Positions 51,751 to 62,583 are shown, counted from the first letter of the stretch. The stretch is DNA of 64,000 nucleotides from an uncultured Pseudomonadota bacterium (GCA_963749075.1 CAVVLJ010000016.1:1024001-1088000), one strand, 5' to 3'. Program-made: numbers and translations. The notes: generated from the sequence alone by a model not told the origin.

Positions 51751-52440
51751 ATGTCCAGCGCCAAGCTCAACGTTCAACCGATCGACGCAAGCTTTGCCCT
51801 GAAAGACAAAATCTATGATTCGCTCAAGGCGGCGATCACGGCGATGAACATCTATGCCGAGCCGGGCGAGCCGCGCCTTGACGAACGTCAGCTTTCCCTC
51901 GAGCTCGGGGTGAGCCGCACGCCCATCCGCGAGGCGATCGCGCGCCTCGAGCAGGAAGGGCTGGTGCGCACGGTGCCGCGCAAGGGCGTCTTCGTCGTGC
52001 GCAAGAGCAAGCGCCAGATCCTCGAGATGATCACCGTGTGGGCGGCGCTCGAGAGCATGGCGGCGCGTCTCGCGACCGAGCGCGCGAGCGATGCGGAGAT
52101 CGCCACGCTGAGGGCCATGTTCGCCACCTTCGAAGGCGACGAGCTCACGGCCCATATCGACGAGTATTCCGAGACCAACATCAGGTTCCACTTGGCCATC
52201 CTGCGCATGAGCCGCTGCGAGCTCCTGTGGCAGATGGCGGAGAACCTCTTCATCCACATGCGCGCCATCCGCCGCACGACGATCCAAGAGGATCGCCGCG
52301 CCGAGCGCTCGATCATCGACCACCTGGCCATCATCCAGGCGCTCGAGCGGCGCGACACCGAGCTCGCCGAGCGCCTCGTGCGCCAGCATACCCTCGGCCT
52401 CGCGGCGCACGTGGAGAGGAACGTGGATTATCTCGATTGA
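51751..52440 (+). CDS. GntR (FCD/FadR-like) transcriptional regulator
   Basis: LDERQLSLELGVSRTPIREAI HTH, FCD domain NIRFH...DHLAII. Confidence 0.95.
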   Translation: MSSAKLNVQPIDASFALKDKIYDSLKAAITAMNIYAEPGEPRLDERQLSLELGVSRTPIREAIARLEQEGLVRTVPRKGVFVVRKSKRQILEMITVWAALESMAARLATERASDAEIATLRAMFATFEGDELTAHIDEYSETNIRFHLAILRMSRCELLWQMAENLFIHMRAIRRTTIQEDRRAERSIIDHLAIIQALERRDTELAERLVRQHTLGLAAHVERNVDYLD

Positions 52441-52498
52441 ACGCCCATTTTGATCGAACACCCGCGCCCAGCGAGGCGTCGGCCCAGGGAGGAGTGCC

Positions 52499-54217
52499 AT
52501 GGCAGAAGCGGCAAGGAAACTCGAGGCGGCGGAAGCGGCACCGGAGAAGATCTCGGGCGGCCATCTCGTCGCCAAGGCGCTCAAGGCGGAAGGGGTCGAG
52601 GCCATCTTCACGCTCTGCGGCGGCCACATCATCGACATCTACGACGGCTGCCTCGACGAGGGCATCAAGATCATCGACGTGCGCCACGAGCAGGTGGCGG
52701 CCCACGCCGCCGACGGCTATGCGCGCATGACCGGGCGGCCCGGCTGCGCCGTGGTCACCGCCGGTCCCGGCACGACGGATGCCATGACCGGCGTCGCGAA
52801 CGCCTTCCGCGCCGAGAGCCCGTTCCTCCTGATCGGCGGCCAGGGTGCCTTGAGCCAGCACAAGATGGGCTCGCTCCAGGATCTCCCCCACGTCGACATC
52901 ATGCAGCCGATCACCAAGTTCGCCGCCACCGTGCCGGCGACCGCGCGCATCGCCGACATGGTGAGCATGGCCTTCCGCGAGTGCCTCAACGGAGCGCCCG
53001 GCCCCTCCTTCCTCGAGATCCCGCGCGACATCCTCGACGGCCACGTCGAGCTCGCCAAGGCGCGCATCCCGGCGGCCGGAAAGTACCGCGCCTCGACGCG
53101 CCTGCTCGCCGACCCGGCGGACGTGGAGAAGCTCGCCAGGCTCGTCGTCAAGTCCGAGCGGCCCTGCATCCTCCTCGGCACGCAGGTGTGGACCTGCCGC
53201 GCCTCCGAGGCGGCGCGGGAGTTCGTGCGCAAGCTCAACGTGCCGGCCTATATGAACGGCGCCGGGCGCGGCACGCTGCCGCCGGGAGATGCGCACCACT
53301 TCCACCGCACGCGCGCTTTCGCCTTCGACAAGGCCGATCTCATCGTCATCGTCGGCGCGCCCTTCGATTTCCGCATGGGCTACGGCCGCCGGCTCAATCC
53401 CAAGGCGACGGTGGTGCAGATCGACATGGACTACCGCACGGTCGGGAAGAACCGCGACATCGATTTGGGCCTCGTGGGCGACGTGGGGCTCATCCTCTCC
53501 ACCGTCACCGCGGCGACGACGGGCAGCGCCGACAACGGCGCCAAGCGCCGCGCCCCGTGGCTCGAGGAGCTGCGCAAGGGCGAGGGAGCCGGGCTCGAGA
53601 AGCTCATGAAGGACTTCAAGTCCGACTCCGTGCCGATCAATCCCTATCGCGTTGCCTGGGAGCTCAACGAGTTCATGGGCGAGGACACCATCTACATCGG
53701 CGACGGCGGCGACGTGGTGACGATCAGCGCCCAGGCCGTGCAGCCGCGCCAGCCCGGCCACTGGATGGACCCGGGTCCCCTCGGCACCCTCGGCGTCGGC
53801 GTCCCCTTCGCCATGGCCGCCAAGTTCGTGCATCCGGAGAAGGAGGTGCTCTGCTACTTCGGCGACGGCGCCTTCGCCATGACGGGCTTCGATCTCGAGA
53901 CCTGCGTGCGCTTCAAGCTGCCGTTCCTTGGCGTCATCGGCAACAACTCGGCGATGAACCAGATCCGCTTCGGCCAGATCGCCAAATACGGCGAGAACCG
54001 CGGCAACGTCGGCAACAAGCTCGGCGACGTGCCCTTCTCCAAGTTTGCCGAGATGCTCGGCGGCTACGGCGAGGAGGTGCGCGATCCGGCGCAGATCCGG
54101 CCGGCGCTCGAGCGCGGCCGCCAGGCGGTCAAGTCCGGCATCCCGGCCCTCATCAACATCTGGGTCGACGTGAACATCTACGCGCCGGGCACCAAGAACC
54201 AGACGATGTACAAGTGA
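52499..54217 (+). CDS. Thiamine-diphosphate-dependent enzyme (acyl-CoA lyase/decarboxylase candidate)
   Basis: [23 protein letters not shown]...NNS ThDP motif; directly upstream of frc. Confidence 0.9.
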   Translation: MAEAARKLEAAEAAPEKISGGHLVAKALKAEGVEAIFTLCGGHIIDIYDGCLDEGIKIIDVRHEQVAAHAADGYARMTGRPGCAVVTAGPGTTDAMTGVANAFRAESPFLLIGGQGALSQHKMGSLQDLPHVDIMQPITKFAATVPATARIADMVSMAFRECLNGAPGPSFLEIPRDILDGHVELAKARIPAAGKYRASTRLLADPADVEKLARLVVKSERPCILLGTQVWTCRASEAAREFVRKLNVPAYMNGAGRGTLPPGDAHHFHRTRAFAFDKADLIVIVGAPFDFRMGYGRRLNPKATVVQIDMDYRTVGKNRDIDLGLVGDVGLILSTVTAATTGSADNGAKRRAPWLEELRKGEGAGLEKLMKDFKSDSVPINPYRVAWELNEFMGEDTIYIGDGGDVVTISAQAVQPRQPGHWMDPGPLGTLGVGVPFAMAAKFVHPEKEVLCYFGDGAFAMTGFDLETCVRFKLPFLGVIGNNSAMNQIRFGQIAKYGENRGNVGNKLGDVPFSKFAEMLGGYGEEVRDPAQIRPALERGRQAVKSGIPALINIWVDVNIYAPGTKNQTMYK

Positions 54218-54228
54218 CGGGGGAGGCG

Positions 54229-55470
54229 ATGGCAAAGGCTCTCGAGGGCATTCGCGTTCTTGACATGACGCACGTCCAGTCGGGTCCGTCGGCGACCCAG
54301 ATTCTCGGCTGGCTCGGCGCCGACGTGATCAAGGTTGAGCTCCCCGGCCGCGGCGACATCACGCGCCAGCAGCTGCGCGACGTACCGAACGTGGACAGCC
54401 TTTATTTCACCATGCTCAACTGCAACAAGCGGAGCATTACGCTCAACACCAAGCACGAGACCGGCCAGGAGATCTTCAAGAAGCTGATCCAGGCCTGCGA
54501 CGTGATGGTGGAGAACTTCGCACCCGGCGCGCTGGACCGCCAGGGCTTCACCTGGGAGGTCATCCACAAGCTCAACCCGCGCCTCGTCTACGCCTCGGTC
54601 AAGGGCTTCGGCCCCGGCCCATACGTCGATTGCAAGGCCTATGAGAACGTGGCGCAGTGCATGGGCGGCTCGGCCAGCACCACCGGCTTCGACGAGGGGC
54701 CGCCCCTCGTCACCGGCTCGCAGATCGGCGATACCGGCACCGGCATCCACTGCGTGGCCGGCATCCTGGCCGCCTTGTACCAGCGCGAGCGCACGGGCGA
54801 GGGCCAGCGCGTCGAGGTCGCCATGCAGGACGCCGTGCTCAATCTCTGCCGCGTCAAGCTGCGCGACCAGCAGCGCCTCGCGCACGGCCCCTTGCGCGAA
54901 TATCCGCAGTTCCCCAACAAGAATTTCCTCGAGGCGGTGCCGCGCGCGGGGAATGCCTCGGGCGGCGGTCAGCCGGGTGACGCGCTCAAGTGCAAGCCGG
55001 GCGGGCCCAACGACTACATCTACGTCATCATCCAGCCGCCGGGCTGGGAGCCGCTCATGAAGCTCTGCGGCCGCGAGGAGCTCATCGCCGACGCCCGCTT
55101 CGCCACGCCCGAGGCGCGCCTGCCGCACCTCGACGAATGCTTCGCCATCGTCGAGGAATGGACGCAGAAGCACGGCAAGTTCGAGGTGATGGCGCTGCTC
55201 AACGAGCATGACATCCCCTGCGGCCCGGTGCTCGACATGAAGGAGCTCGCGGAGGACGCCTCGTTGCGCGCGCAAGGCACCGTGGTCGAGGTGAGCCATC
55301 CCGAGCGCGGCACCTTCCTCACCGTGGGCTGCCCGATCAAGCTCTCGGCCTCGCCCGTCGAGGTCAAGGCCTCGCCGCTCTTGGGCGAGCACACGGACGA
55401 GATCCTGCGCGACATCGTGGGATTCGACGAGGCGCATATCGCCGCCGCACGCGCCAAGGGTGCGGTCTGA
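54229..55470 (+). CDS. frc: Formyl-CoA transferase
   Basis: [53 protein letters not shown] loop. Confidence 0.93.
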   Translation: MAKALEGIRVLDMTHVQSGPSATQILGWLGADVIKVELPGRGDITRQQLRDVPNVDSLYFTMLNCNKRSITLNTKHETGQEIFKKLIQACDVMVENFAPGALDRQGFTWEVIHKLNPRLVYASVKGFGPGPYVDCKAYENVAQCMGGSASTTGFDEGPPLVTGSQIGDTGTGIHCVAGILAALYQRERTGEGQRVEVAMQDAVLNLCRVKLRDQQRLAHGPLREYPQFPNKNFLEAVPRAGNASGGGQPGDALKCKPGGPNDYIYVIIQPPGWEPLMKLCGREELIADARFATPEARLPHLDECFAIVEEWTQKHGKFEVMALLNEHDIPCGPVLDMKELAEDASLRAQGTVVEVSHPERGTFLTVGCPIKLSASPVEVKASPLLGEHTDEILRDIVGFDEAHIAAARAKGAV

Positions 55471-55494
55471 GCCCTCCATCGGAGGAGTCCCGCC

Positions 55495-55971
55495 ATGCGC
55501 ATCGCCGGATGGTTCGCAGCACTCGCGGTGGCGCTCGTGCTTTTGGCCTGCGCGCCCGCGGCCGCCCAATCGCCCGGCTTTCCTTTTCCCGACAACCTGA
55601 TCCGCATCTACAAGCCGATTGACGTGCGGACCAAGATCGTCTTCGGCGATCTCTGGCTCAGCAATACGATCGCCCATTTCGCCGAGCTCAATGGCCGCAT
55701 GCAGATCCGCTTCGAGGGCACGCTGCCCGCCTCGGCGAATACCGACATCTCGGAGGCCCGCGTCTACCGCATTCTCAACTGGGCGCAATACTCGCGCTTC
55801 AACCGGCGCAAGGCGGGCTTCTGCTCCTTCCCCATCCAATGGCTCGGCCTGCGCGACCTCGGCAACATGCAGCTCCGCGTGACGCTCTTCACGATCGACG
55901 ATTACCATGCCGCCACGCCGGAGAAGCCGGGCCTTTGCTCCGCCGACACCTACCGGCTGCCGCAGCAGTAG
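55495..55971 (+). CDS. Hypothetical exported protein
   Basis: GGAG RBS, signal peptide, typical codon usage, two mature Cys. Confidence 0.75.
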   Translation: MRIAGWFAALAVALVLLACAPAAAQSPGFPFPDNLIRIYKPIDVRTKIVFGDLWLSNTIAHFAELNGRMQIRFEGTLPASANTDISEARVYRILNWAQYSRFNRRKAGFCSFPIQWLGLRDLGNMQLRVTLFTIDDYHAATPEKPGLCSADTYRLPQQ

Positions 55972-56004
55972 GGGAGCGCCGGCGCTCTCTGCGCCCGCCG
56001 CCCC

Positions 56005-56769
56005 TCAGCGCGACGCCATGGCCGGCATGTCGGCCACGATGAGGGAGGCCAAGAGGCGCCCGACGCAGCGGTAGCCGGCGTCGCTCATGTGCGTCTCGTC
56101 CGGGCCCACCATGGCCGGCTCGCCGTCCTCGCCGAACCAGTAGCGCATGGCCTCGAAGCGGTCGAGGAGCGCCACATGGGTATCGTCGGCGATCTCTCGC
56201 AGCTGGCGGTTGAAGGCGGCGTAGGCGGGGTTGGCGAGGAGTCGCGGCGCGTATTGCGCGTCCATGAGGATGGTGTCGATGTGGCCAGCGTGCAGCCGCG
56301 CCAGCCCGTCGAGCACCTCGGCATGGAAGGGCTCGACCGGACGCTTGCGCAGGATCTCGTTGGAGCCCACCTGCCAGACGACGAGGTCGGGGTGCTCGTC
56401 GAACACGTCGCGCTGGAAGCGCGCCAGCATGTCCGGCGTCTCCTCGCCGTTGACGCCCTTGTTGAGCACGAGGATGCGGCCCTGCGGGAAGCGCCGCTCG
56501 AGGGCGGCGGCGAGCTGGGCCGGGTAGGCATGGGCCGCGTCGCTGGCGCCGGCACCGGCGGTCGAGGACGAGCCGATCGCCACGATCTTGACCGGCAGCC
56601 CGCGCATCAGCCGGTCGCCCGTGCGCATGAGCGGCGCGCCGAGCTCCATCACCGAGCCCGGTGCGGCGCATGCGTCCCTCTGTTCCTGTGCAGTTGCGTT
56701 GCCGCCGTGACAGAGCAGCCCCGCCGCGAGCATCCCCGCGGCCAAGCTCGTCACGCCGCGGCTAGTCAC
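56005..56769 (-). CDS. SGNH/GDSL hydrolase (exported)
   Basis: AIGSSST, NKGVNG, WQVGSN, DETH. Confidence 0.9.
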   Translation of the reverse strand: MTSRGVTSLAAGMLAAGLLCHGGNATAQEQRDACAAPGSVMELGAPLMRTGDRLMRGLPVKIVAIGSSSTAGAGASDAAHAYPAQLAAALERRFPQGRILVLNKGVNGEETPDMLARFQRDVFDEHPDLVVWQVGSNEILRKRPVEPFHAEVLDGLARLHAGHIDTILMDAQYAPRLLANPAYAAFNRQLREIADDTHVALLDRFEAMRYWFGEDGEPAMVGPDETHMSDAGYRCVGRLLASLIVADMPAMASR

Positions 56770-58181
56770 GCGCTATCTCTGGGAATGCCATCGTCCCGTC
56801 CCCCCTCGTTGGCCGATCTTACGATATGCGCAAGCCGCATGCCACCATAGATAAGCGCCAGCACGGCCACCCAGGCGATGCGGCTCTGGTAGCGGTCGTT
56901 GGGATTGGAGAGCGCCCCGCACACGAAGGCATTGCCGAGCAGTGCGAGCAGCACGAGCGCCGTGAGCGTGGCGCTAAGACGCTCGCGCCTTTTCACCGCC
57001 AGCCACAGCAGCGGGAAGAGTGCTGCGAAGCACGCGAGCTGGAGGGGCACCTGGATGTCGTTGATGAGCGTGAAGTCGATGCCGGCCTGCTGCTCGGCAT
57101 CGAGGAAGGCCGGCATCTCGCCGGGATAGTCGGTGCGCACGGCGTGGCCGATGAAGAAGCTCATCGGCGTCAGCCCGTCGCCGCTGCCGACCATGGCGAG
57201 CTGCTGGAAGGTGAGCTTGAGCGAGGCCCAGGCATAGCCCAGCGGGAAATCGTGGAGGCAGCCGTGAACGATGCGGGCCGCGTCGCTGCGCATGCCGGTC
57301 CAGCCGCCGTACTTCCAGAAGTCGGAGTCGTGCCAGAGAAAGTCGTTCGCCGTGGGCGGCAGCCGGTTGCGCGCCATGCAGAGCCGCGGCTTGTAGAGGC
57401 CGGGCTCGTGGCACACCTCGTCGAGATAGCGCTTGGCAAGCCCGTCCTGCACGAGGAGGCCGAGGGTGAGCACGGCGCTCGGCTGCATGAGGAAGACCCG
57501 CCCGGTCATCAGCCAATTGGAGCCGGCGGCAAGGCTGAGCGCCATCGCGAAGGCGATGGGGATGGTGCGCAGCCGCGGCCCGACGAGCGGCCAGCCGCGC
57601 CTGGCGAGTGCGCGCGCGGCGAGGAGGCAGAGGATGAGCCCCGCAAGGATGGCGAAATGGGAGGTGTGCACCGCGGTGCCGACGGCGAGGATCGCGGTGA
57701 GCGTCCAGCGCCTAAGCGCGCCGAGGCGGCCCTCCTCGAAGGCGAGCACGAGCGTGGCGAGAACGACGGTGCCGGTAAAGGCGTCGGGGATGATCTGGCT
57801 CGTGACCCAGGGCAGGCCCGTGAAGAGCGCCAGCAAGGCCGCCGAGAAGAGGAGCGCGCGCAACGCCGCCGAGGGCAGGAAGACCCGGCAGCTCTCGTAG
57901 AGCACATAGGCGACCATCAGGCTCTGGACGAAGACGACCCCCCAGAGGCTGTGCGCCAGCCTGCCGAAGCCGGCAAAGACCCCGTAGGCGGCGGTGCGGT
58001 AGATCGGCATGTCCCAGGTGAACGGCATCACCACGTAATCGACGCTGTCGTAATAGGCGAGGGGGTAGCCGTTCCACAGCGCCGGCGACACCAGGAGCGC
58101 CGTGGTCAGCATCACGGCAAGCAGCGGCCAGGGCGCCGCCTCCGCGCGCTCCCGCAGGCGGCTGTTCGCAAGCGCCGTCAC
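56766..58181 (-). CDS. Polytopic membrane protein, GT-C-like (start uncertain; ORF open to 58256)
   Basis: PALWNGYPL..YDS..Y after first TM, many TM helices, periplasmic domain, PNDRYQSR near C-terminus. Confidence 0.75.
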   Translation of the reverse strand: MTALANSRLRERAEAAPWPLLAVMLTTALLVSPALWNGYPLAYYDSVDYVVMPFTWDMPIYRTAAYGVFAGFGRLAHSLWGVVFVQSLMVAYVLYESCRVFLPSAALRALLFSAALLALFTGLPWVTSQIIPDAFTGTVVLATLVLAFEEGRLGALRRWTLTAILAVGTAVHTSHFAILAGLILCLLAARALARRGWPLVGPRLRTIPIAFAMALSLAAGSNWLMTGRVFLMQPSAVLTLGLLVQDGLAKRYLDEVCHEPGLYKPRLCMARNRLPPTANDFLWHDSDFWKYGGWTGMRSDAARIVHGCLHDFPLGYAWASLKLTFQQLAMVGSGDGLTPMSFFIGHAVRTDYPGEMPAFLDAEQQAGIDFTLINDIQVPLQLACFAALFPLLWLAVKRRERLSATLTALVLLALLGNAFVCGALSNPNDRYQSRIAWVAVLALIYGGMRLAHIVRSANEGGRDDGIPRDSA

Positions 58182-58504
58182 GGCGGTGGATAAGGGTTGG
58201 CCGGCCAAGTGCTTTTCGTTCGTTGCTAAAGCAATTCTACGGGCAAGGAGCCACAAATCGCCGGCGGCTTCCGGCGGTTCTCTTTACCGGGAATGTGCGC
58301 GATTTGGCAAGAAAATGCTGAACCGAGGCTGAATTGGCCAACTCAACGGGTCGCCTCAAGCCAGCGCTCGCTGCGGCATCGCCCTATGAGATCATTACTT
58401 CGATATCTCAATAAATTATGGCCGTTATCTGAAAATAAAGATTAGCGAAGCATGGATGGCCCTCGACGGTCGATGGCCGCATTTCTGGAAAATAAACGAC
58501 GGAG

Positions 58505-59401
58505 CTATGGGCAAGACCTCGCGATCTGCGCGAAACGCGCGAGCCTGACGCCGGCGCTCCCGAGGGTGGCAGTGAAGGCCTCGCTGAGGAAGTAGCGATA
58601 TTCCTCCTCGCGTTGGCCGGTCACCGGGTTGGCCTCGGCAAGGGCGGCGTCGCTCAGCCCCGGGTGGGCCATGACCAAGGCGCCCGGCTGGGCGTCCTCG
58701 AGGAAGGCGGCGAAGAGGCGGGGGTAGGGCACGGCGCCCGAGAAATCATGCACCCCGCTGAAGCGGCGGTTGCCCGGGATGCCTGCGGCGCGCGCCCGGC
58801 GGGCGAAGCCGCGGCTGAGCAGGCTGATGACGAGCGCCTCCGCGGCGGCGTGGCGGCGATTGAGGATGGCGGCGAGGGGCTCGCTGCAGTAGCGCATGTA
58901 GGTGCTGCGGCCGGCGAGGCGCTGCCGGTAGAGCTCGATCACCGCCTCGCGCACGACCGGCAACTGATGGACGTGCTGGTGCCCGTCGAGGAAGTCGGGC
59001 GGGCGGCCGAGCTCCGCCTCGAAACGGTCGAGCTGGCGGGCGAGCTCGGCGGCGATCTCGCGGCCCTCGAGCCTTCCCCCGTAGGCAAGGAGGATCATGC
59101 GGCGGATGCCGGGCAGCCTGCCGGCGGGAGCGAGCCGCGGCATGGCGCCGAGCGGGCGCTGGTCGGTGAGCGTGAGATGGAGCCCGATGTCGGCGGCGTG
59201 GCCCAAGGGCTTGAGCGCCCGGGCCTCCTCCGGCCAGAACGCGCTCGTGGTCATGCAGCTCGTGGCGCTGAGGCGGCCGAGCGAGAGGAGATGGCGGATC
59301 GCCTTGCCGACCCCCGGTGCGATGCCATAGTCGTCCGCGCAAAGCACGATCGGGATGGCGCCGGCTGCGCCCGAGCTGGGAGTTTCCGGGCTGCGGTCCA
59401 A
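58505..59401 (-). CDS. ChbG/HpnK (YdjC) family carbohydrate deacetylase
   Basis: LCADDYG, IGLHLTLT, PDFLDGHQHVH, VMAHPG. Confidence 0.92.
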   Translation of the reverse strand: MDRSPETPSSGAAGAIPIVLCADDYGIAPGVGKAIRHLLSLGRLSATSCMTTSAFWPEEARALKPLGHAADIGLHLTLTDQRPLGAMPRLAPAGRLPGIRRMILLAYGGRLEGREIAAELARQLDRFEAELGRPPDFLDGHQHVHQLPVVREAVIELYRQRLAGRSTYMRYCSEPLAAILNRRHAAAEALVISLLSRGFARRARAAGIPGNRRFSGVHDFSGAVPYPRLFAAFLEDAQPGALVMAHPGLSDAALAEANPVTGQREEEYRYFLSEAFTATLGSAGVRLARFAQIARSCP

Positions 59402-59507
59402 GGGGATTGCCTCTTTTGAGGGCGGCGATCGATCCTATATAAAGACGGTTTGCGCCGGATACGAGGGCAAATCCGGCATGGCGGCATGGGCCGCAGGGGG
59501 CGGAGTC

Positions 59508-60588
59508 ATGGCATTGCGCTCCGAAGAGGCGGCGGACGGCGGGCCGCGTGCGCGGCAGAAGACGGCGGCGCTCATCTCGGTCGTGGTGCCCTTCTACAAC
59601 GAGGGGGCGGGGGTCGAGGCCTTCTTCGCCCGCCTCCTCCCGGTGCTCGAGCGCCTCGGCTTCGCCTGGGAGATAGTCTGCGTCAACGACGGCAGCGAGG
59701 ATGATACCCTCGACCGGCTGTTAGGCGCGCACGAGCGCGATCCGCGCATCAAGATCATCGATTTCTCGCGCAACTTCGGCAAGGAGCTGGCGCTCTCCGC
59801 CGGCCTCGCGCACGCCAAGGGCGACCTCGTGGTGCCGATCGACGCCGACCTGCAGCATCCGCCGGAGGTCATCCCGGAGATGGTCGCGAAGTGGCGGCAG
59901 GGCTACGAGGTGATCTATGCCGAGCGGGCGTCGCGCGATTATCAGAGCCGGCGCGCGCGTTTCATGTCGCGCGCCTTCTATTGGATCTTCGACCGGCTCT
60001 CCGACGTGCCGCTGCCGCAAGGTGCCGGCGATTTCCGCCTCCTCGACCGCCGCGTCGTCGACGTGATCAATCGCATGCCCGAGCGCACGCGCTTCATGAA
60101 GGGCATCTTCGCCTGGGTGGGCTTCCGCCAGATCGGCGTTCCCTTCACGCCCGAGGCGCGCCAGGCGGGCGGGAGCAAGTGGGATTTCGTGCGCCTGCTG
60201 CGCTTTGCCTTCGACGGGCTGACGGCGTTCTCCAACTTCCCGCTCAAGGTCTGGGGCCTGATCGGCGCCACCATCTCGCTGCTCGCCTTCGTCTATATCG
60301 TCGTGCGTCTGCTGCGCACCGCGATCTACGGCATCGACGTGCCCGGCTACGAGTTCGATCATCGTCACCATTCTCTTCCTCGGCGGCATGCAGCTCTTGA
60401 CGCTCGGCATCATCGGCGACTATCTCGGCCGCGTGTTCGACGAGGTGAAGGGCCGCCCGCTCTACGTCGTGCGCGCGGCCTACGGCTTCGAGCAGGCGGA
60501 GGCGGCCGAGCTTGCGCGCGCGGCGCCCCCGCGCGACATTCCTGGCCGCGAGACCGCCGAGGCCGCGCGCGCCGAGGTGCGGTCCTGA
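59508..60588 (+). CDS. GT2 polyprenol-phosphate glycosyltransferase (GtrB/YkoT-like); +1 frameshift near 60354
   Basis: [37 protein letters not shown]; second TM ([23 protein letters not shown]) lies in the next frame. Confidence 0.9.
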
Positions 60589-60983
60589 AGGCAGCCCTTC
60601 TCCGCGCGCGGGCCTTTTGGCTCGGCCTCGCCTTGCTTGCGCTCGCCTACGCCGCCGCCTGGGAGCTGCGCCAGCTCTATATTGAGCCGAGCGCGGTGGC
60701 GCTCGTCTGCAATGCCGCCTCCCATCCCTCCTGGTGCGCCATCCGCTTCGCGATCCTCTTCGCCCAGCGCGAGGCGCTCTTCGGGATCGCCGCCGTGGTC
60801 ATGGGCGGCGTGGCACTCCTTTGCGGCGGACCGAAAGCGGCCATAGCCGCGATCGCGCTCTCGGCGCTGGCGATCGCCAATTACAACGTGGAGATGGGGG
60901 CGCTCGCCCTCGTCGCCGGCCTCATTGCGAGCGTGGGGCGAGGGCGGCGGCGCCTGCCGGGCGAAGGCGCCGCGCAAGCCTGA
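60585..60983 (+). CDS. Small multi-TM membrane protein (about 130 aa)
   Basis: About 4 hydrophobic segments, loop C..ASHPSWC; possible CTG start overlapping GT2 stop. Confidence 0.65.
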   Translation: MKAALLRARAFWLGLALLALAYAAAWELRQLYIEPSAVALVCNAASHPSWCAIRFAILFAQREALFGIAAVVMGGVALLCGGPKAAIAAIALSALAIANYNVEMGALALVAGLIASVGRGRRRLPGEGAAQA

Positions 60984-62583
60984 CGCCCCACGGCAGCGCC
61001 AGCAGCAGAAGCACGGCACACCAGCCGAGGGCCTCCCAATTGCGCAGACCCTCGCCGATCAGCACCGCCGCAGCACCGAGGAGGAGCAGCGCCACGAGCA
61101 GCGCTTCCTCGCCGAGGGAGCCCGCCGCCGCTGCCGCCGGCTCGCGCCAGGCAAGTGCGGCAAAGCCCACCGCCGGCAGGAGGAACGCAGCACTCGGGAA
61201 GTCGCGGTAGCGCGGGTCCACGACGAGCGCCACGGTCACCACGGCCGCCGCCACCACGAAGCCGAACTGCAGCAAGCCGAGCATGCGCTCGCCGAGGCTC
61301 GGCCCCGGGAGCGGCCGTCCGCGCAAGAGGTTGAGCGCCTCCTCGGCACTCGGCAGCGGGCCTGCCGGAAAGCGTCCTCCGGCGAAGGCCTCGGCAAGGG
61401 CGCGCAACAGAAGCACGGCGAGAAGTGCTGACGCGGCAAGGCCGAGGGCGCCGGCAATCCAGTCGAAGGGGGACCAGGAGATCAGCAGGGTGAGCGTCGC
61501 GTCGCCCACGAGGAGCGTGCCGATGAGCTCCGCCGCGCAGGCGAAGACGAGGCATCCGGCGAGGCCGAGTGCTGGGCGGCGCCACGCCGCGAGGAGGAGT
61601 GCCAGAGCGGCGAAGCCGGTCGCCAGCGCATAATGGCGGCGCCAGAGACGGTCGTTCGACACCGGACCCGAGAGTGCGAACTTGGCCTCGCGGTCGGCAT
61701 CGTAGAGGCCCCAATGGCCGCCGACCGTGCCCTCGAGGCTGCGCTTCCACGGCTCGTCGAAGGCCTCGAAGAGGTTGTAGTCGAGACCCCGGTCGCGGGC
61801 CAGACTGACGAAGCCGCGGATGAGGCGCGCCTCGTTCACCAGGCTGGCGGCCGCCCCCTCGCGCATGCGCCCGGCGCTCGGCCAGCCTATCTCTCCGATC
61901 ATCACGCGCTTGCCGGGAAATGCCGCCTGCACCTTGGCGAGCACGGCGGACACATGATCGAGGGCGTGGCCGATGGCGACCGGAGCGTCCTCCCAATAGG
62001 GCAGGATGTGGATGGTGATGAAGTCGACATGGGAGGCGAGCTCGGGGTTCTTGAGCCAGAACTCCCATACGTCGGCGTAACTCACCGGCTGCCTGACCGC
62101 CGCCTTGACCCTGTCGATATAGGCGGCGAGCTCGGGGGCCGTGAGATCGCGGCGCAGCATCACCTCGTTGCCGACGATCACCCGCTCGATGACGTCGGGG
62201 TAGCGGTTGGCGAGATCGATGCCGCTCGCCAGCTCGCGCTCGTTCACCTCGGGCTCGCGGCCGAGCCAGATGCCCTGGGTCACCTTGAGGCCGAGCGGCC
62301 GGGCGAAGCGCGGTACGGCCTCCAACCCCTCGAGGCTCGTGTAAGTGCGCACGCCGTCCACGCTGTCGGCGAGCACGGCCAGGTCCCCTGAGATCTCGTC
62401 GAGGCTCGGTGCGATGCGGGCAAGCGGGCTCTCGCCGCGGCGGTAGGGGCTGAAGGAGACGCTTGCGGTGCGCGCGACGCCGGCGTCCGGCACCGCCTGC
62501 TTGCGGCCCTCATGGCTCCAATAGAGAAGACCGCCAAGTGCTGCGGCGACGAAGCACAGCAGCAGGACCGCCGAACGCATCAT
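60922..62583 (-). CDS. GH17-family beta-1,3-glucan transglycosylase with C-terminal TM bundle (NdvC-like)
   Basis: VSFSPYR, VRTY, VIVGNEVMLR, IHILPYWED, IGEIGWPS, FEAFDEPWK, EGTVGGHWG, DPRYRDFP. Confidence 0.88.
   Translation of the reverse strand: MMRSAVLLLCFVAAALGGLLYWSHEGRKQAVPDAGVARTASVSFSPYRRGESPLARIAPSLDEISGDLAVLADSVDGVRTYTSLEGLEAVPRFARPLGLKVTQGIWLGREPEVNERELASGIDLANRYPDVIERVIVGNEVMLRRDLTAPELAAYIDRVKAAVRQPVSYADVWEFWLKNPELASHVDFITIHILPYWEDAPVAIGHALDHVSAVLAKVQAAFPGKRVMIGEIGWPSAGRMREGAAASLVNEARLIRGFVSLARDRGLDYNLFEAFDEPWKRSLEGTVGGHWGLYDADREAKFALSGPVSNDRLWRRHYALATGFAALALLLAAWRRPALGLAGCLVFACAAELIGTLLVGDATLTLLISWSPFDWIAGALGLAASALLAVLLLRALAEAFAGGRFPAGPLPSAEEALNLLRGRPLPGPSLGERMLGLLQFGFVVAAAVVTVALVVDPRYRDFPSAAFLLPAVGFAALAWREPAAAAAGSLGEEALLVALLLLGAAAVLIGEGLRNWEALGWCAVLLLLALPWGVRLARRLRPAGAAALAPRSQ

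Noticed and set aside
52499-54217. Calling this gene ilvB or oxc
   Set aside because: No ilvN/ilvC context, and the motifs differ from canonical Oxc as recalled
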